Origin: a virus
DNA length: 64,000 nucleotides
Direction: 5' to 3' (one strand)
IMG/VR virus record: IMGVR_UViG_3300025381_000001
Shown here: piece after piece, positions 31,671 through 40,474 of the stretch
Numbering within the stretch: position 1 is the stretch's first letter
How the letters are laid out: the number at the start of each line of letters is the position of its first letter
Notes under the pieces: generated by a model
Seen by the model: the letters and a program-made list of their open reading frames with translations, nothing else
Database searches by the model: none
What the model was told of the DNA's origin: nothing
Program-made: the position numbers and the translations under genes

Positions 31671-32171
31671 ATGCCAAAGTCAATCAACATTACAGGCCAC
31701 AAATACAACCTGCTTACGGTTGTAAGCCGCACAGAACAGAAAACCAAAAACGGTCAATGGCGCTGGCTGTGTAAATGTGACTGCGGTAACGAAACAGTGT
31801 TAAACACTGGGAACATTCGTTATGGCAGAACAAAATCTTGGGGATGTTTGCAAAAACGTAAAGGCGAACAATCTCCTGCGTACAAACATGGTCGTAGCCA
31901 AACAAAAGAATACGACCTTGAATGGCACATGAAAAATAACTACGGCCTTGATTTTGACGAATACAACAAATTGTTGGAAAAACAAAATGGTGCGTGTGCA
32001 ATATGTGGTTCATTGCCCCCCAACACTCACAAAAAGCGATTAAGCATTGACCATTGCCATACAACTGGTAGAGTCAGAGGATTGCTTTGTGATTCATGCA
32101 ACACAGCGTTAGGATTGTTAAAAGACAGTCCTGACTTAATGCTTAAAGCAATTTCATATCTAGCGAGGTAA
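31671..32171 (+). CDS. free-standing endonuclease VII-family (HNH-type) nuclease
   Basis: LSIDHCHTTGRVRGLLCDSCNTALGLLKDSPDLMLKAISYL matches the Endonuclease_7 signature. N-terminal CKCDCGN zinc motif. The segment is AT-rich. Confidence 0.85.
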   Translation: MPKSINITGHKYNLLTVVSRTEQKTKNGQWRWLCKCDCGNETVLNTGNIRYGRTKSWGCLQKRKGEQSPAYKHGRSQTKEYDLEWHMKNNYGLDFDEYNKLLEKQNGACAICGSLPPNTHKKRLSIDHCHTTGRVRGLLCDSCNTALGLLKDSPDLMLKAISYLAR

Positions 32172-32174
32172 CTC

Positions 32175-32645
32175 ATGTTTTTACTAAACGGTCAACCACT
32201 CAGCCCCGACAATGCTTTTGAGCATAACGGTGTGCAATATCCAGCCAACTGGTTACGTCTTTCAACGCTTGCGGAGAAAGAAGCCATTGGCATCACGGAG
32301 GTTGCGGATCAGCCACGCCCTGATGATCGCTACTACTGGGTGACACCCAATAACGATGGCACGTTCAATGCAACGCCCAAAGACTTGACTCAGCTCAAAG
32401 ACAGCGCCACAGCACAGATCAATGCCACGGCTCATTCTTTGCTGTCTCCAAGCGATTACATGGCCATTAAAGCCGCTGAAACTGGCACGGCATTAGACTC
32501 AGGTTGGAAGACTTGGCGTGCTCAAATTCGCACCGAAGCTCAAACAGCGCGTACAGCTATTGCGGCAGCTACAGACATTGAAAGTTTGATTGCAGCTTCG
32601 AATGTGACATGGACACTTGATCCAGTCGCCGCTGCCAAACAATAA
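32175..32645 (+). CDS. hypothetical tail-fibre-module protein
   Basis: 156-aa ORF between the nuclease and the collar-domain fibre. Confidence 0.6.
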   Translation: MFLLNGQPLSPDNAFEHNGVQYPANWLRLSTLAEKEAIGITEVADQPRPDDRYYWVTPNNDGTFNATPKDLTQLKDSATAQINATAHSLLSPSDYMAIKAAETGTALDSGWKTWRAQIRTEAQTARTAIAAATDIESLIAASNVTWTLDPVAAAKQ

Positions 32646-32660
32646 AAAAAGGAACACACT

Positions 32661-33773
32661 ATGTCTACATTTTCATCAAGCCTTGAACTCACGTTAATCG
32701 GCACAGGTCAACAAGCCGGCGCGTGGGGCAATACGACCAACACCAACTTGCAAATCATTGAGCAAGCTATCGCCGGCGTTGTCACCATCACCATGTCCAG
32801 CGCTAACTACACGCTGACAAACACCCAAGGCGCGGTGTCTCCATCTAACAACATGGTGCTTGTGGTCAAAGGAACGAATTCCGGCGTGTTCCAAGTAGTT
32901 ACACCGCTAGTTACAAAATACTACGTGGTATCTAACCAAACTACCGGCGGTTATGCCATCACCATTGGCGCATCTACTGGCACTACAGTAACCATTCCCA
33001 ACGGCACAACGACCTCCGTCTACTGCGATGGCACAAATTTTTACGCAGGCAGCACTGGTGTGGCGGGTAATTTCTCCGTGGGCGGCAATGAAACCGTAGC
33101 AGGCACTCTGGGCGTCACAGGCAACACCTCTTTAAGCGGAACACTTGCCGTTGCTGGAGCCACTACGTTGTCGGGCACGACCTCTTTGGCTGGCACGGCC
33201 ACAGCGCTTACGGTGACGCCCTCTACGGACAGCTCAACAAAAATTGCCACAACCGCTTTTGTTCAAGGAGCCCTTGCTTCTGCCGCAATCACCGGCACGA
33301 TCAACATGTGGCCGACTTCTTCGGCTCCTAGTGGATATTTGCTCTGTAACGGCTCAGCTATTTCTCGTACAACCTATGCAGCTTTGTTTGCAATTGTTGG
33401 AACAACTTTCGGTTCGGGCGATGGGTTAACCACGTTCAACTTGCCAAACTATGCAGACCGTATGCCAATTGGTGTTGGGTCTACTGCTGCGTCTGTTGGC
33501 GCTACCGGTGGTTCGGCAACAACAACGATTGTGGCAAACAACCTCCCTGCTCACACCCACCCTGTGACAGACCCGGGCCACAACCACACATACGCACATG
33601 CTTACAATGCGGCTCCTCAATCGGGCAGCTCGACACCTTGTTTTACAAGCACATATACAGACAACACAAGCACCGCGACAACCGGCATCACGGTTGGCAA
33701 CAACTCCACCACAAATAGTGCGATGAATACAATTTCTCCATATTTGGGCATTTACTTCATCATCAAAACCTAA
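32661..33773 (+). CDS. tail fibre protein with C-terminal phage tail-collar domain
   Basis: INMWPTSSAPSGYLLCNGSAISRTTYAALFAIVGTTFGSGDGLTTFNLPNYADRMPIG is the classic Collar-domain motif. Confidence 0.8.
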   Translation: MSTFSSSLELTLIGTGQQAGAWGNTTNTNLQIIEQAIAGVVTITMSSANYTLTNTQGAVSPSNNMVLVVKGTNSGVFQVVTPLVTKYYVVSNQTTGGYAITIGASTGTTVTIPNGTTTSVYCDGTNFYAGSTGVAGNFSVGGNETVAGTLGVTGNTSLSGTLAVAGATTLSGTTSLAGTATALTVTPSTDSSTKIATTAFVQGALASAAITGTINMWPTSSAPSGYLLCNGSAISRTTYAALFAIVGTTFGSGDGLTTFNLPNYADRMPIGVGSTAASVGATGGSATTTIVANNLPAHTHPVTDPGHNHTYAHAYNAAPQSGSSTPCFTSTYTDNTSTATTGITVGNNSTTNSAMNTISPYLGIYFIIKT

Positions 33774-33776
33774 GAT

Positions 33777-34520
33777 GTGGACCCAATCACCCTTCTCTTT
33801 GGTGCAGTCACTCTGGTCAAACAGATCAAGGCTGGGTGCGACCAACTGCACGAAGGCCGCATGGCCATTGAAGAGTTTAAAAAAGGTGTGGAGCGCACTG
33901 TTGGCGACGTTAAAGCTGTTGCCAAGGAACTCACAGGATTTTGGGGGTGGGTTAAAGGGATATTGGGAATCAAAAGTGCGAGTGCGCCAGTCGTCCAGCT
34001 TGCCGCCGCAGCTTCTGTGCCCGTTAAAAAGACTCGTGCATCCCAAGACCCCGAAGAACTGCAGACCCAACTCATTGTTGACATTGGCCAGAAGATGGGG
34101 GAGTTCTTTGACATCCACCAAAAGCTCAAGAACTACTACGCGGACTTGGAAGAAACATCAGTTACAGTCTACGATCCAGACCAAAACGTCGCTAAAAAAG
34201 CAATGGAGCGCTCACTTGTTGAGCTGCAACTGGAGAACTTGAGCGTCGAGATCCGAGAGGCAATGGTGTATGCGCCCCCTGAGTTGAAGGACATATACAC
34301 AAGGTTTCTCAAGATGTATGAACGCATCATTGACGAACAGGAATTTGCTCGGCGCGAGCACATCCGCAAAAGGAATGAAGCAAGGTGGCTACGCGAGGCA
34401 ATCCGTCAACGTCGATCAATGCGTCTGGCGCTAGGGGTAACTCTGGTGGGGCTGGCGGCGTGGATGTGGGGCTTGATGCTTACAGTGCGTCTAGCGACTC
34501 GGGGTTTCACGCCATTTTAA
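33777..34520 (+). CDS. hypothetical protein with C-terminal TM segment
   Basis: GTG-start ORF (from the track) with a charged helical body and a C-terminal LALGVTLVGLAAWMWGLMLTV segment. Confidence 0.5.
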   Translation: MDPITLLFGAVTLVKQIKAGCDQLHEGRMAIEEFKKGVERTVGDVKAVAKELTGFWGWVKGILGIKSASAPVVQLAAAASVPVKKTRASQDPEELQTQLIVDIGQKMGEFFDIHQKLKNYYADLEETSVTVYDPDQNVAKKAMERSLVELQLENLSVEIREAMVYAPPELKDIYTRFLKMYERIIDEQEFARREHIRKRNEARWLREAIRQRRSMRLALGVTLVGLAAWMWGLMLTVRLATRGFTPF

Positions 34521-34522
34521 TT

Positions 34523-34672
34523 TTGCTGGTGCTCTTGTTTGCGTTATTGATTCCGGCGGCGGGGTACGTTTGGTATAGGGCGTATGTGGCTGAAATGGCA
34601 ATGGAGCACACCCTGCGCAAGCTGCAACAGGCCCAGCGGGAAATTGAACAAGCTAAAAAGGACAAAGAATGA
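34523..34672 (+). CDS. possible small single-TM protein of the lysis cassette (non-ATG start)
   Basis: In-frame TTG/GTG starts at 34523/34529. TM segment LVLLFALLIPAAGYVWY plus a charged tail. Its stop forms an ATGA overlap with the next gene. Confidence 0.35.
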   Translation: MLVLLFALLIPAAGYVWYRAYVAEMAMEHTLRKLQQAQREIEQAKKDKE

Positions 34673-34896
34673 AATACGCGATTTTGCTGGCTTTGTTACT
34701 GGTTGGCTGCGAAGACCGCTACCGTTACACTTGCCAAGATCCCACGCACTTTGCTGACAAGCAGTGCCAAAAACCCATGTGTGAATTCACACAAACTTGC
34801 CCCGAGTATCTGGTGGCCCCTGTTTTGGAGAAGAAAAGTGAAGGAAATCCTGCTCAAGCTTCTAGCCAGCAACCAGCCGCGTCTCAGTGCCGATGA
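34669..34896 (+). CDS. Cys-rich lipoprotein
   Basis: Signal peptide with lipobox MKYAILLALLLVGC. The mature part has 6 further Cys. Confidence 0.65.
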   Translation: MKYAILLALLLVGCEDRYRYTCQDPTHFADKQCQKPMCEFTQTCPEYLVAPVLEKKSEGNPAQASSQQPAASQCR

Positions 34897-35290
34897 GATT
34901 GAAGTCCGGGTTCGGGCTTTTGTGATCGTGATGGTCACACTCATTTTGGTGTTCATCGTTTTTGCACTGCTGTATTCGGTGACTTTTGTGACCCAGCCTA
35001 TCAAAGCGATGGCTCCAATTGACCAAGCCTATACCAAGATGCTCAACGACATTGTGCTGTTGATTGTTGGCGGCGTGGGCGGCATCTTGACCAAAGGCGC
35101 AGTGACTGAGGCTTCTAATATGATGGCTGCGGCCAAAAATAATGCGCCGGCCTACGTTGCACCGCCTGTGCAAGAAGTTCAAATGACTGCGTGGACGCCG
35201 GGCACGACACCCGTCAATCCCCCGCACTATTTAGAACCCGATGAAGACCGCCAAGCGATTGCCGCTGCACGCCAAACTACGAAGGAATGA
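34838..35290 (+). CDS. holin (two-TM, class II-like), GTG start
   Basis: GGAG lies 7 nt before the GTG at 34838. TM segments are AFVIVMVTLILVFIVFALLYSV and IVLLIVGGVGGILT. Lies directly upstream of the spanins and endolysin. Confidence 0.6.
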   Translation: MKEILLKLLASNQPRLSADEIEVRVRAFVIVMVTLILVFIVFALLYSVTFVTQPIKAMAPIDQAYTKMLNDIVLLIVGGVGGILTKGAVTEASNMMAAAKNNAPAYVAPPVQEVQMTAWTPGTTPVNPPHYLEPDEDRQAIAAARQTTKE

Positions 35291-35727
35291 CCATGCCTAA
35301 TCCTTGGCTAATTCTAGGGTTGCTGTTGGCTTTGGCTGGCGTATTTGAGTACGGCCATCATGAAGGCTACAAAGAAAGAGAGAACGAAGACGCTGTGGTC
35401 ATTGGCCATAAGAACCAAGAAATGCAAGACGCAAAGGAGCAAGCAGATGCAGAACTCAAGAAAACACAAGACAAACTCACCACTGCTCAGAAACAGTTTC
35501 GTGACGCTGTTCATTCTGGGAATCAGCGGTTGTTCGTCCGTGTCGCCACCCCAACTGAGTGTTCCGCCTCTACCGGCGGAGATTCAACGACAACAGCCCA
35601 GCTTGACCCAGCGTTTGCGGACTCTCTTGTCTCCATCACCGACGACGGCGACAGCGCCATCGTCCAACTCAACGCCTGCATCGACCGATACGAAACCATG
35701 AGAAAGCTCGTAAATGGTAAACGCTGA
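35287..35727 (+). CDS. i-spanin (Rz-like)
   Basis: ATGA overlap with the holin. N-terminal TM segment WLILGLLLALAGVF, a charged coiled-coil, and an embedded lipoprotein gene in the +1 frame. Confidence 0.8.
   Translation: MTMPNPWLILGLLLALAGVFEYGHHEGYKERENEDAVVIGHKNQEMQDAKEQADAELKKTQDKLTTAQKQFRDAVHSGNQRLFVRVATPTECSASTGGDSTTTAQLDPAFADSLVSITDDGDSAIVQLNACIDRYETMRKLVNGKR
35447..35701 (+). CDS. o-spanin (Rz1-like lipoprotein) embedded in the i-spanin gene
   Basis: ATG at 35447 gives MQNSRKHKTNSPLLRNSFVTLFILGISGC (lipobox LGISGC) followed by a Pro-rich mature part. The gene lies wholly inside 35287..35727. Confidence 0.75.
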   Translation: MQNSRKHKTNSPLLRNSFVTLFILGISGCSSVSPPQLSVPPLPAEIQRQQPSLTQRLRTLLSPSPTTATAPSSNSTPASTDTKP

Positions 35728-36313
35728 ACAACTCCAACGGCTGGGCATCGGCATTGAATGGGTGCCAGCGCTCAACGATACTTTTGCTAAATTCGATATT
35801 GCCACGGTAGATCAGCAAGCCGCGTTCATTGGACAATGCAGCCATGAGTGCAACCATTTCAAGACGCTTGAAGAGAATCTGAACTACAAAGCCGAGACGC
35901 TGCGCAAACTGTGGCCGCAGCGCTTCCCCACAGACGACATTGCCAACGCATACGCACACAAACCGGAGAAAATTGCCAATAAGGTGTACTCTGGGCGTTG
36001 CGGCAACGGGGACGAAGCTTCTGGCGCGGGATGGCTGTACCACGGGCGCGGCTGTATCCAGTTGACTTTTCATGACAACTACTGGCACTTTGGTCAAGCG
36101 GTGGGGGTTGATGTGGTTACGCATCCAGAGCTGCTTGTTACGCCCAAATATGCGGCCATGAGTGCGGGATGGTTCTGGGCAACACACCATTTGAATGCCG
36201 CCGCCGCAGCCGAGAATTGGATGCTTGTCACCAAGATCATCAATGGCGGAACTTTCGGCTTGGAAGAACGCATCGCTTTGACCGACCGTGCTATTGATGT
36301 GCTGTCAACTTAA
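35714..36313 (+). CDS. endolysin, glycoside hydrolase family 19 (chitinase-like)
   Basis: AAFIGQCSHECNHFKTLEENLNY...GRGCIQLTFHDNYWHFG...INGG matches the GH19 catalytic core. No signal or SAR sequence. Confidence 0.85.
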   Translation: MVNAEQLQRLGIGIEWVPALNDTFAKFDIATVDQQAAFIGQCSHECNHFKTLEENLNYKAETLRKLWPQRFPTDDIANAYAHKPEKIANKVYSGRCGNGDEASGAGWLYHGRGCIQLTFHDNYWHFGQAVGVDVVTHPELLVTPKYAAMSAGWFWATHHLNAAAAAENWMLVTKIINGGTFGLEERIALTDRAIDVLST

Positions 36314-36328
36314 TGGGAAAATGCAGCC

Positions 36329-38560
36329 ATGCCATTAAACAAACTGAAATTTCGCCCCGGCGTAAACCGTGAAGGCACTACTCTAGCCAACGAAGGCGGC
36401 TGGTACGCATCGGACAAAATTCGTTTTCGTTCTGGCTTTCCTGAAAAAATTGGCGGTTGGACGTTAGATACGGGTACGGTTGCGATTGGGTCTTTAGCAC
36501 CTCCCGCCGGCGCTTTTTGGGGTATTGCGCGGTCTTTGTTTAACTGGATTACGACAACAGGCTATAACTTGTTGGGGGTAGGCACAAACCTTAAGTACTA
36601 TATTCAAAGCTCTGCTGGCGGGTATTTCAATGACATTACGCCAATTCGCATCACTTTTTCTACCGCTAACTCCAACGCGCTATCAAACCCTTTTACAACA
36701 ACCGCCACGTCTTCAACAGTTAACGTCTACGCTCCCGCGCACGGTGCTCAAACAGGGGACTTTGTTACGTTTTCAAACGTATCTGCGGGTTCTGGCAATG
36801 TTACGACTACCATTTTGAATAGCGAGTTTCAAGTTACATACGTAGACTCTAATAACTTGTCCATCACAGTTTCGGTCGTAGCCAACACCAGCACGTCTAG
36901 TTTTGGGGGTACTGGGATTACGGCTGCGTTCCAAATCACAACAGGTAATTCGGTATTTACCTACGGCACGGGTTGGGGCGCAGGTCCTTGGGGCGGTGTT
37001 ACAACTGGCGTGGCAACGACCACTTTAAACGGCGCATTGACCGACTCGGCTACTAGCGTTGTCTTGACATCGGCCACGGGCTTTCCAACTGCTGGCACCG
37101 TGCTCATAGATAACGAACTCATCACATATAGCGGAGTAAGCACTAACACGCTTACAGGATGCGCTCGCGGAACAAACGGCACAATCGCTGTCTCGCACCT
37201 TAGCGGCGCTACCGTGCAAAATGCGGCATCTTTTGAAGGCTGGGGCACATCCGCGCCGTCTACGATCGGTTTGCAGTTGCGCACATGGACGCAGTACAAC
37301 TTTGGCGATTACCTGATGTTCAACCCCCGTGGTGGTGCGCTCTACATTTGGACAACGGACGCCAATGCTAACGTGATTGATCGAGGCCAGCTACTAGGTC
37401 CTAGTGCGGTTATTACCACTACAGCAGGCAATGTGACTGTGGATACGTCCTGCCCAACTGTGGCAAACGGCGTGTTGGTGTCTGATGCGTCTCGTTTTGT
37501 GATCGCCTATGGTGTTAACGATTACGGATCCACTGTGCAAAACAATATGTTGATTCGTTGGTCAGACCAAGAATCATTTTCTGTGTGGGCACCTCAAGTC
37601 ACAAACCAAGCCGGCAGCTACACACTGTCTCTTGGGTCAACGATTGTGACGGTGATTCAGTCCCGCCAAGAGATTTTGGTGTTGACTGACACGGCGATGT
37701 ACTCCATGCAGTATTTAGGCCCCCCCTACGTTTGGGGTTTCCAGTTGCTGGCAGATACGATTTCTATTGTTGGCCCCAACGCAGTAGCCACAGTCAACAA
37801 CGCCACCTATTGGATGGGCGTGGACAAGTTTTATATGTACAACGGCACAATGTCTGTGCTGCCCTGCACGCTGCGTGACTACGTTTACAACAACATTAAC
37901 TTGCAGCAAGGGTATGAAATCTTTGCAGGTGTCAACAACGGGTTTAATGAAGTATGGTGGTTCTACCCATCCATCACGGGACCAAACGGCACGGGCACCG
38001 TGTCAAACCCAAACAGTACCATTGACCGCTACGTTATTTTCAACTATTTAGATACCACTTGGTACTACGGCAATTTGCAACGCACTGCTTGGGACAACAA
38101 CTCCCTACGTAATTTCCCTATTGCAACAGGCTACAACGGCCAACTGATCTACCACGAAAGTGGTGTGGATGATGGGACAACTTCCCCCGCATCGCCCATT
38201 ACTTGTTACGTCCAGTCATCAGACTTTGACATTGGCGAAGGCAACAACTTTGGTTTTGCATGGCGCTTGGTTCCTGATGTCAACTTTGACGGTTCGGCAG
38301 TAAATGATCCAGTCATGACCTTCACGCTATTGCCTCGCCAAAACCCCGGTGCGGCCTATGGTTCAGATAATGTGGATGCAGTGGTAAGTGCAAATAACTA
38401 CTACCAAACACCGCAGTACCTTATCCAACAATACACACAACAGGTGTATATCCGCGCTAGAGGCCGTCAAATGGCGCTTGTTGTTGGTTCCACAGGCTTG
38501 GGCGTCCAGTGGCAGCTTGGCATCCCTCGTCTTGACATTCGCCCCGATGGACGGAGATAA
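36329..38560 (+). CDS. large virion structural protein (putative tail/nozzle component)
   Basis: 743 aa. The N-terminal KLKFRPGVNREGTTLANEGGWYASDKIRFRSGFPEKIGGW pattern is recalled from podophage tail proteins. The function is inferred. Confidence 0.45.
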   Translation: MPLNKLKFRPGVNREGTTLANEGGWYASDKIRFRSGFPEKIGGWTLDTGTVAIGSLAPPAGAFWGIARSLFNWITTTGYNLLGVGTNLKYYIQSSAGGYFNDITPIRITFSTANSNALSNPFTTTATSSTVNVYAPAHGAQTGDFVTFSNVSAGSGNVTTTILNSEFQVTYVDSNNLSITVSVVANTSTSSFGGTGITAAFQITTGNSVFTYGTGWGAGPWGGVTTGVATTTLNGALTDSATSVVLTSATGFPTAGTVLIDNELITYSGVSTNTLTGCARGTNGTIAVSHLSGATVQNAASFEGWGTSAPSTIGLQLRTWTQYNFGDYLMFNPRGGALYIWTTDANANVIDRGQLLGPSAVITTTAGNVTVDTSCPTVANGVLVSDASRFVIAYGVNDYGSTVQNNMLIRWSDQESFSVWAPQVTNQAGSYTLSLGSTIVTVIQSRQEILVLTDTAMYSMQYLGPPYVWGFQLLADTISIVGPNAVATVNNATYWMGVDKFYMYNGTMSVLPCTLRDYVYNNINLQQGYEIFAGVNNGFNEVWWFYPSITGPNGTGTVSNPNSTIDRYVIFNYLDTTWYYGNLQRTAWDNNSLRNFPIATGYNGQLIYHESGVDDGTTSPASPITCYVQSSDFDIGEGNNFGFAWRLVPDVNFDGSAVNDPVMTFTLLPRQNPGAAYGSDNVDAVVSANNYYQTPQYLIQQYTQQVYIRARGRQMALVVGSTGLGVQWQLGIPRLDIRPDGRR

Positions 38561-38562
38561 AC

Positions 38563-38877
38563 ATGGCTTCAAAAAATTCCCTTGCCCCCCGCTTGCTAGA
38601 CCCTCCTGCGGAGTACAGCCAAGAATACATGCGCAAACTTTTGAGCGTGCTGCGTTTGTACTTCAACCAACTGGATAACCCCTCGCCGGAAGTTGCTTCT
38701 GCGCAGGATGTGGGCACAACAAAAGTGGTCTCTGCGTTGAGTTTTTCTGCACCAAGCCCAAGTAATCGGGCACAATACGTTGCCAGCACAGCCACCCAAG
38801 CTGACTTGTCAAACCTGCGCAGTGGAGACATTTATGTTGACACGAGTGCGTCCAATGTTTTGAAGATGAAATCATGA
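38563..38877 (+). CDS. hypothetical small structural protein
   Basis: 104-aa ORF, tightly packed with its neighbours. Confidence 0.6.
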   Translation: MASKNSLAPRLLDPPAEYSQEYMRKLLSVLRLYFNQLDNPSPEVASAQDVGTTKVVSALSFSAPSPSNRAQYVASTATQADLSNLRSGDIYVDTSASNVLKMKS

Positions 38878-40076
38878 CCTTACACACTGTCGCAAAACAC
38901 CTTCAAGAGCACGGTCGTGGCCCTGACGATCAGCTTGTCCACATGTCTACCAAAGAGCTGGCCGGCTTGCAAGCGCTTGCCCAGCAGCACGGTGGGTCAT
39001 TGACACAGAATCCCCACACAGGTCTGCCCGAGGCAGGCTTCTTGGATAGCATTTTGCCCACCGTTCTGGGTGCTGCTGCCACGTTTGCTTTCCCCGAAAT
39101 TACGCCAATGATGGCAGGTTTGGGTATTGGCGGCATCCAAGCGCTGCGCACGGGCGATTTAGGCAAAGGTTTAATGGCAGGTCTTGGCGCGTATGGTGGT
39201 GCAGGTATTACGAGCGGCTTAGAAAATTTGGGCGGAGCTGCCGGCGCTATGGGTGGGCAAGACTTAAGCACTATGTCCGCCGCTGACAAATTGAAAGCAG
39301 GCGCTTCTGCTTTTGCGGATAACCCCACCGCCGGGGCCTTGGGCGGGTGGAAAACCATTGGCGCTGCCGCAGCGCCAGCACTGCTTGATTCGTTAGGCAC
39401 ACAAAACCAACTTTCATCGCAAGGCAATACCGGCACTATTCGCCCCTACACCTACGCGGCCAACCCCGTGTACAACTCGTCGTCAAACCCTAACCCGACA
39501 CAAGCTGGCGCACGCCCTTTGATTGGCGCGAACTACCAGCCCGGACAAGACACGAGCGAACGCACGTACTTCAACCCGCAATACACCGCGCAGACGCCAT
39601 ACACCTACACCGCTGCGCAAGGCGGTCAAGTACCCGGCTACGCTATGGGCGGCACGCCAACTTCAATGGCTGTTGCACAGAATTCCACCGGCGCAAACAT
39701 GAACTACCCCCAAGCGCACAATCAAGCAATGGGTTTTGCCGATGCGTGGCAGACTCCGGTAGCCCAAGGCCCAATGGGTTTAGCGTCTGGTGGGTTGGCG
39801 AATCTTGGATCGTACTCCGACGGCGGTCAAATGCTCAAAGGCCCCGGTGACGGCATGAGTGATAGCATCCCCGCGCAAATTGGACAACATCAACCAGCAC
39901 GTTTGGCCGAGGGTGAGTTTGTGGTTCCTGCGGACGTGGTGTCGCACCTTGGCAACGGTTCAACCGATGCGGGTTCAAAGCAGCTTTACAAAATGATGGA
40001 TCGTGTGCGCACAGCACGCACTGGCCACAGCAAACAGGGCAAAGAAATTAACCCAGAAAAATACATGCCAGCATGA
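38874..40076 (+). CDS. internal virion/ejection-module protein (Gly/Ala-rich)
   Basis: ATGA overlap. Gly/Ala-rich hydrophobic stretches and a C-terminal GDGMSDSIPAQIG..LAEGEFVVPADVVSHLGNGS motif. Confidence 0.5.
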   Translation: MTLHTVAKHLQEHGRGPDDQLVHMSTKELAGLQALAQQHGGSLTQNPHTGLPEAGFLDSILPTVLGAAATFAFPEITPMMAGLGIGGIQALRTGDLGKGLMAGLGAYGGAGITSGLENLGGAAGAMGGQDLSTMSAADKLKAGASAFADNPTAGALGGWKTIGAAAAPALLDSLGTQNQLSSQGNTGTIRPYTYAANPVYNSSSNPNPTQAGARPLIGANYQPGQDTSERTYFNPQYTAQTPYTYTAAQGGQVPGYAMGGTPTSMAVAQNSTGANMNYPQAHNQAMGFADAWQTPVAQGPMGLASGGLANLGSYSDGGQMLKGPGDGMSDSIPAQIGQHQPARLAEGEFVVPADVVSHLGNGSTDAGSKQLYKMMDRVRTARTGHSKQGKEINPEKYMPA

Positions 40077-40474
40077 ACATTCAGTACGTCCCTGTTGAAA
40101 TGGTGGCGCAAGTGCTGCCGCAAGTTCGGGCATTCATTGCTCGGGGACTGTCACACACTGATAGCTGCACCGTGGAGCACGCCGAAGCTTTTCTGAGCAC
40201 AGGCGCTTTTGTTTTGCTTGTGGCAATGGAAGACGAAAAAATTTGTGGAGCCTACATTCTGGGATTTAGCAACGGACCCGGCGCACGCACAGCGTGTATT
40301 GTGTCTGCGGCAGGCACAGGTTTGGCTAGCCAAGAGGCTTTTGACCAAGTGAAAAATATTGCACGCAACATGGGTGCAACCCAAATTCAAGTGCTAGCGC
40401 GTGAAGCTGCGGCACGTTTGTACAGACGAGTTGGGCTTGAAGAAAAAGCCGTTTTGATGGAGATTAAATTATGA
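40073..40474 (+). CDS. GNAT-like N-acetyltransferase (putative)
   Basis: 133 aa, ATGA-coupled on both sides. The beta-alpha pattern and C-terminal ARLYRRVGLEE resemble the GNAT motif B region. This is a weak call by eye. Confidence 0.45.
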   Translation: MNIQYVPVEMVAQVLPQVRAFIARGLSHTDSCTVEHAEAFLSTGAFVLLVAMEDEKICGAYILGFSNGPGARTACIVSAAGTGLASQEAFDQVKNIARNMGATQIQVLAREAAARLYRRVGLEEKAVLMEIKL

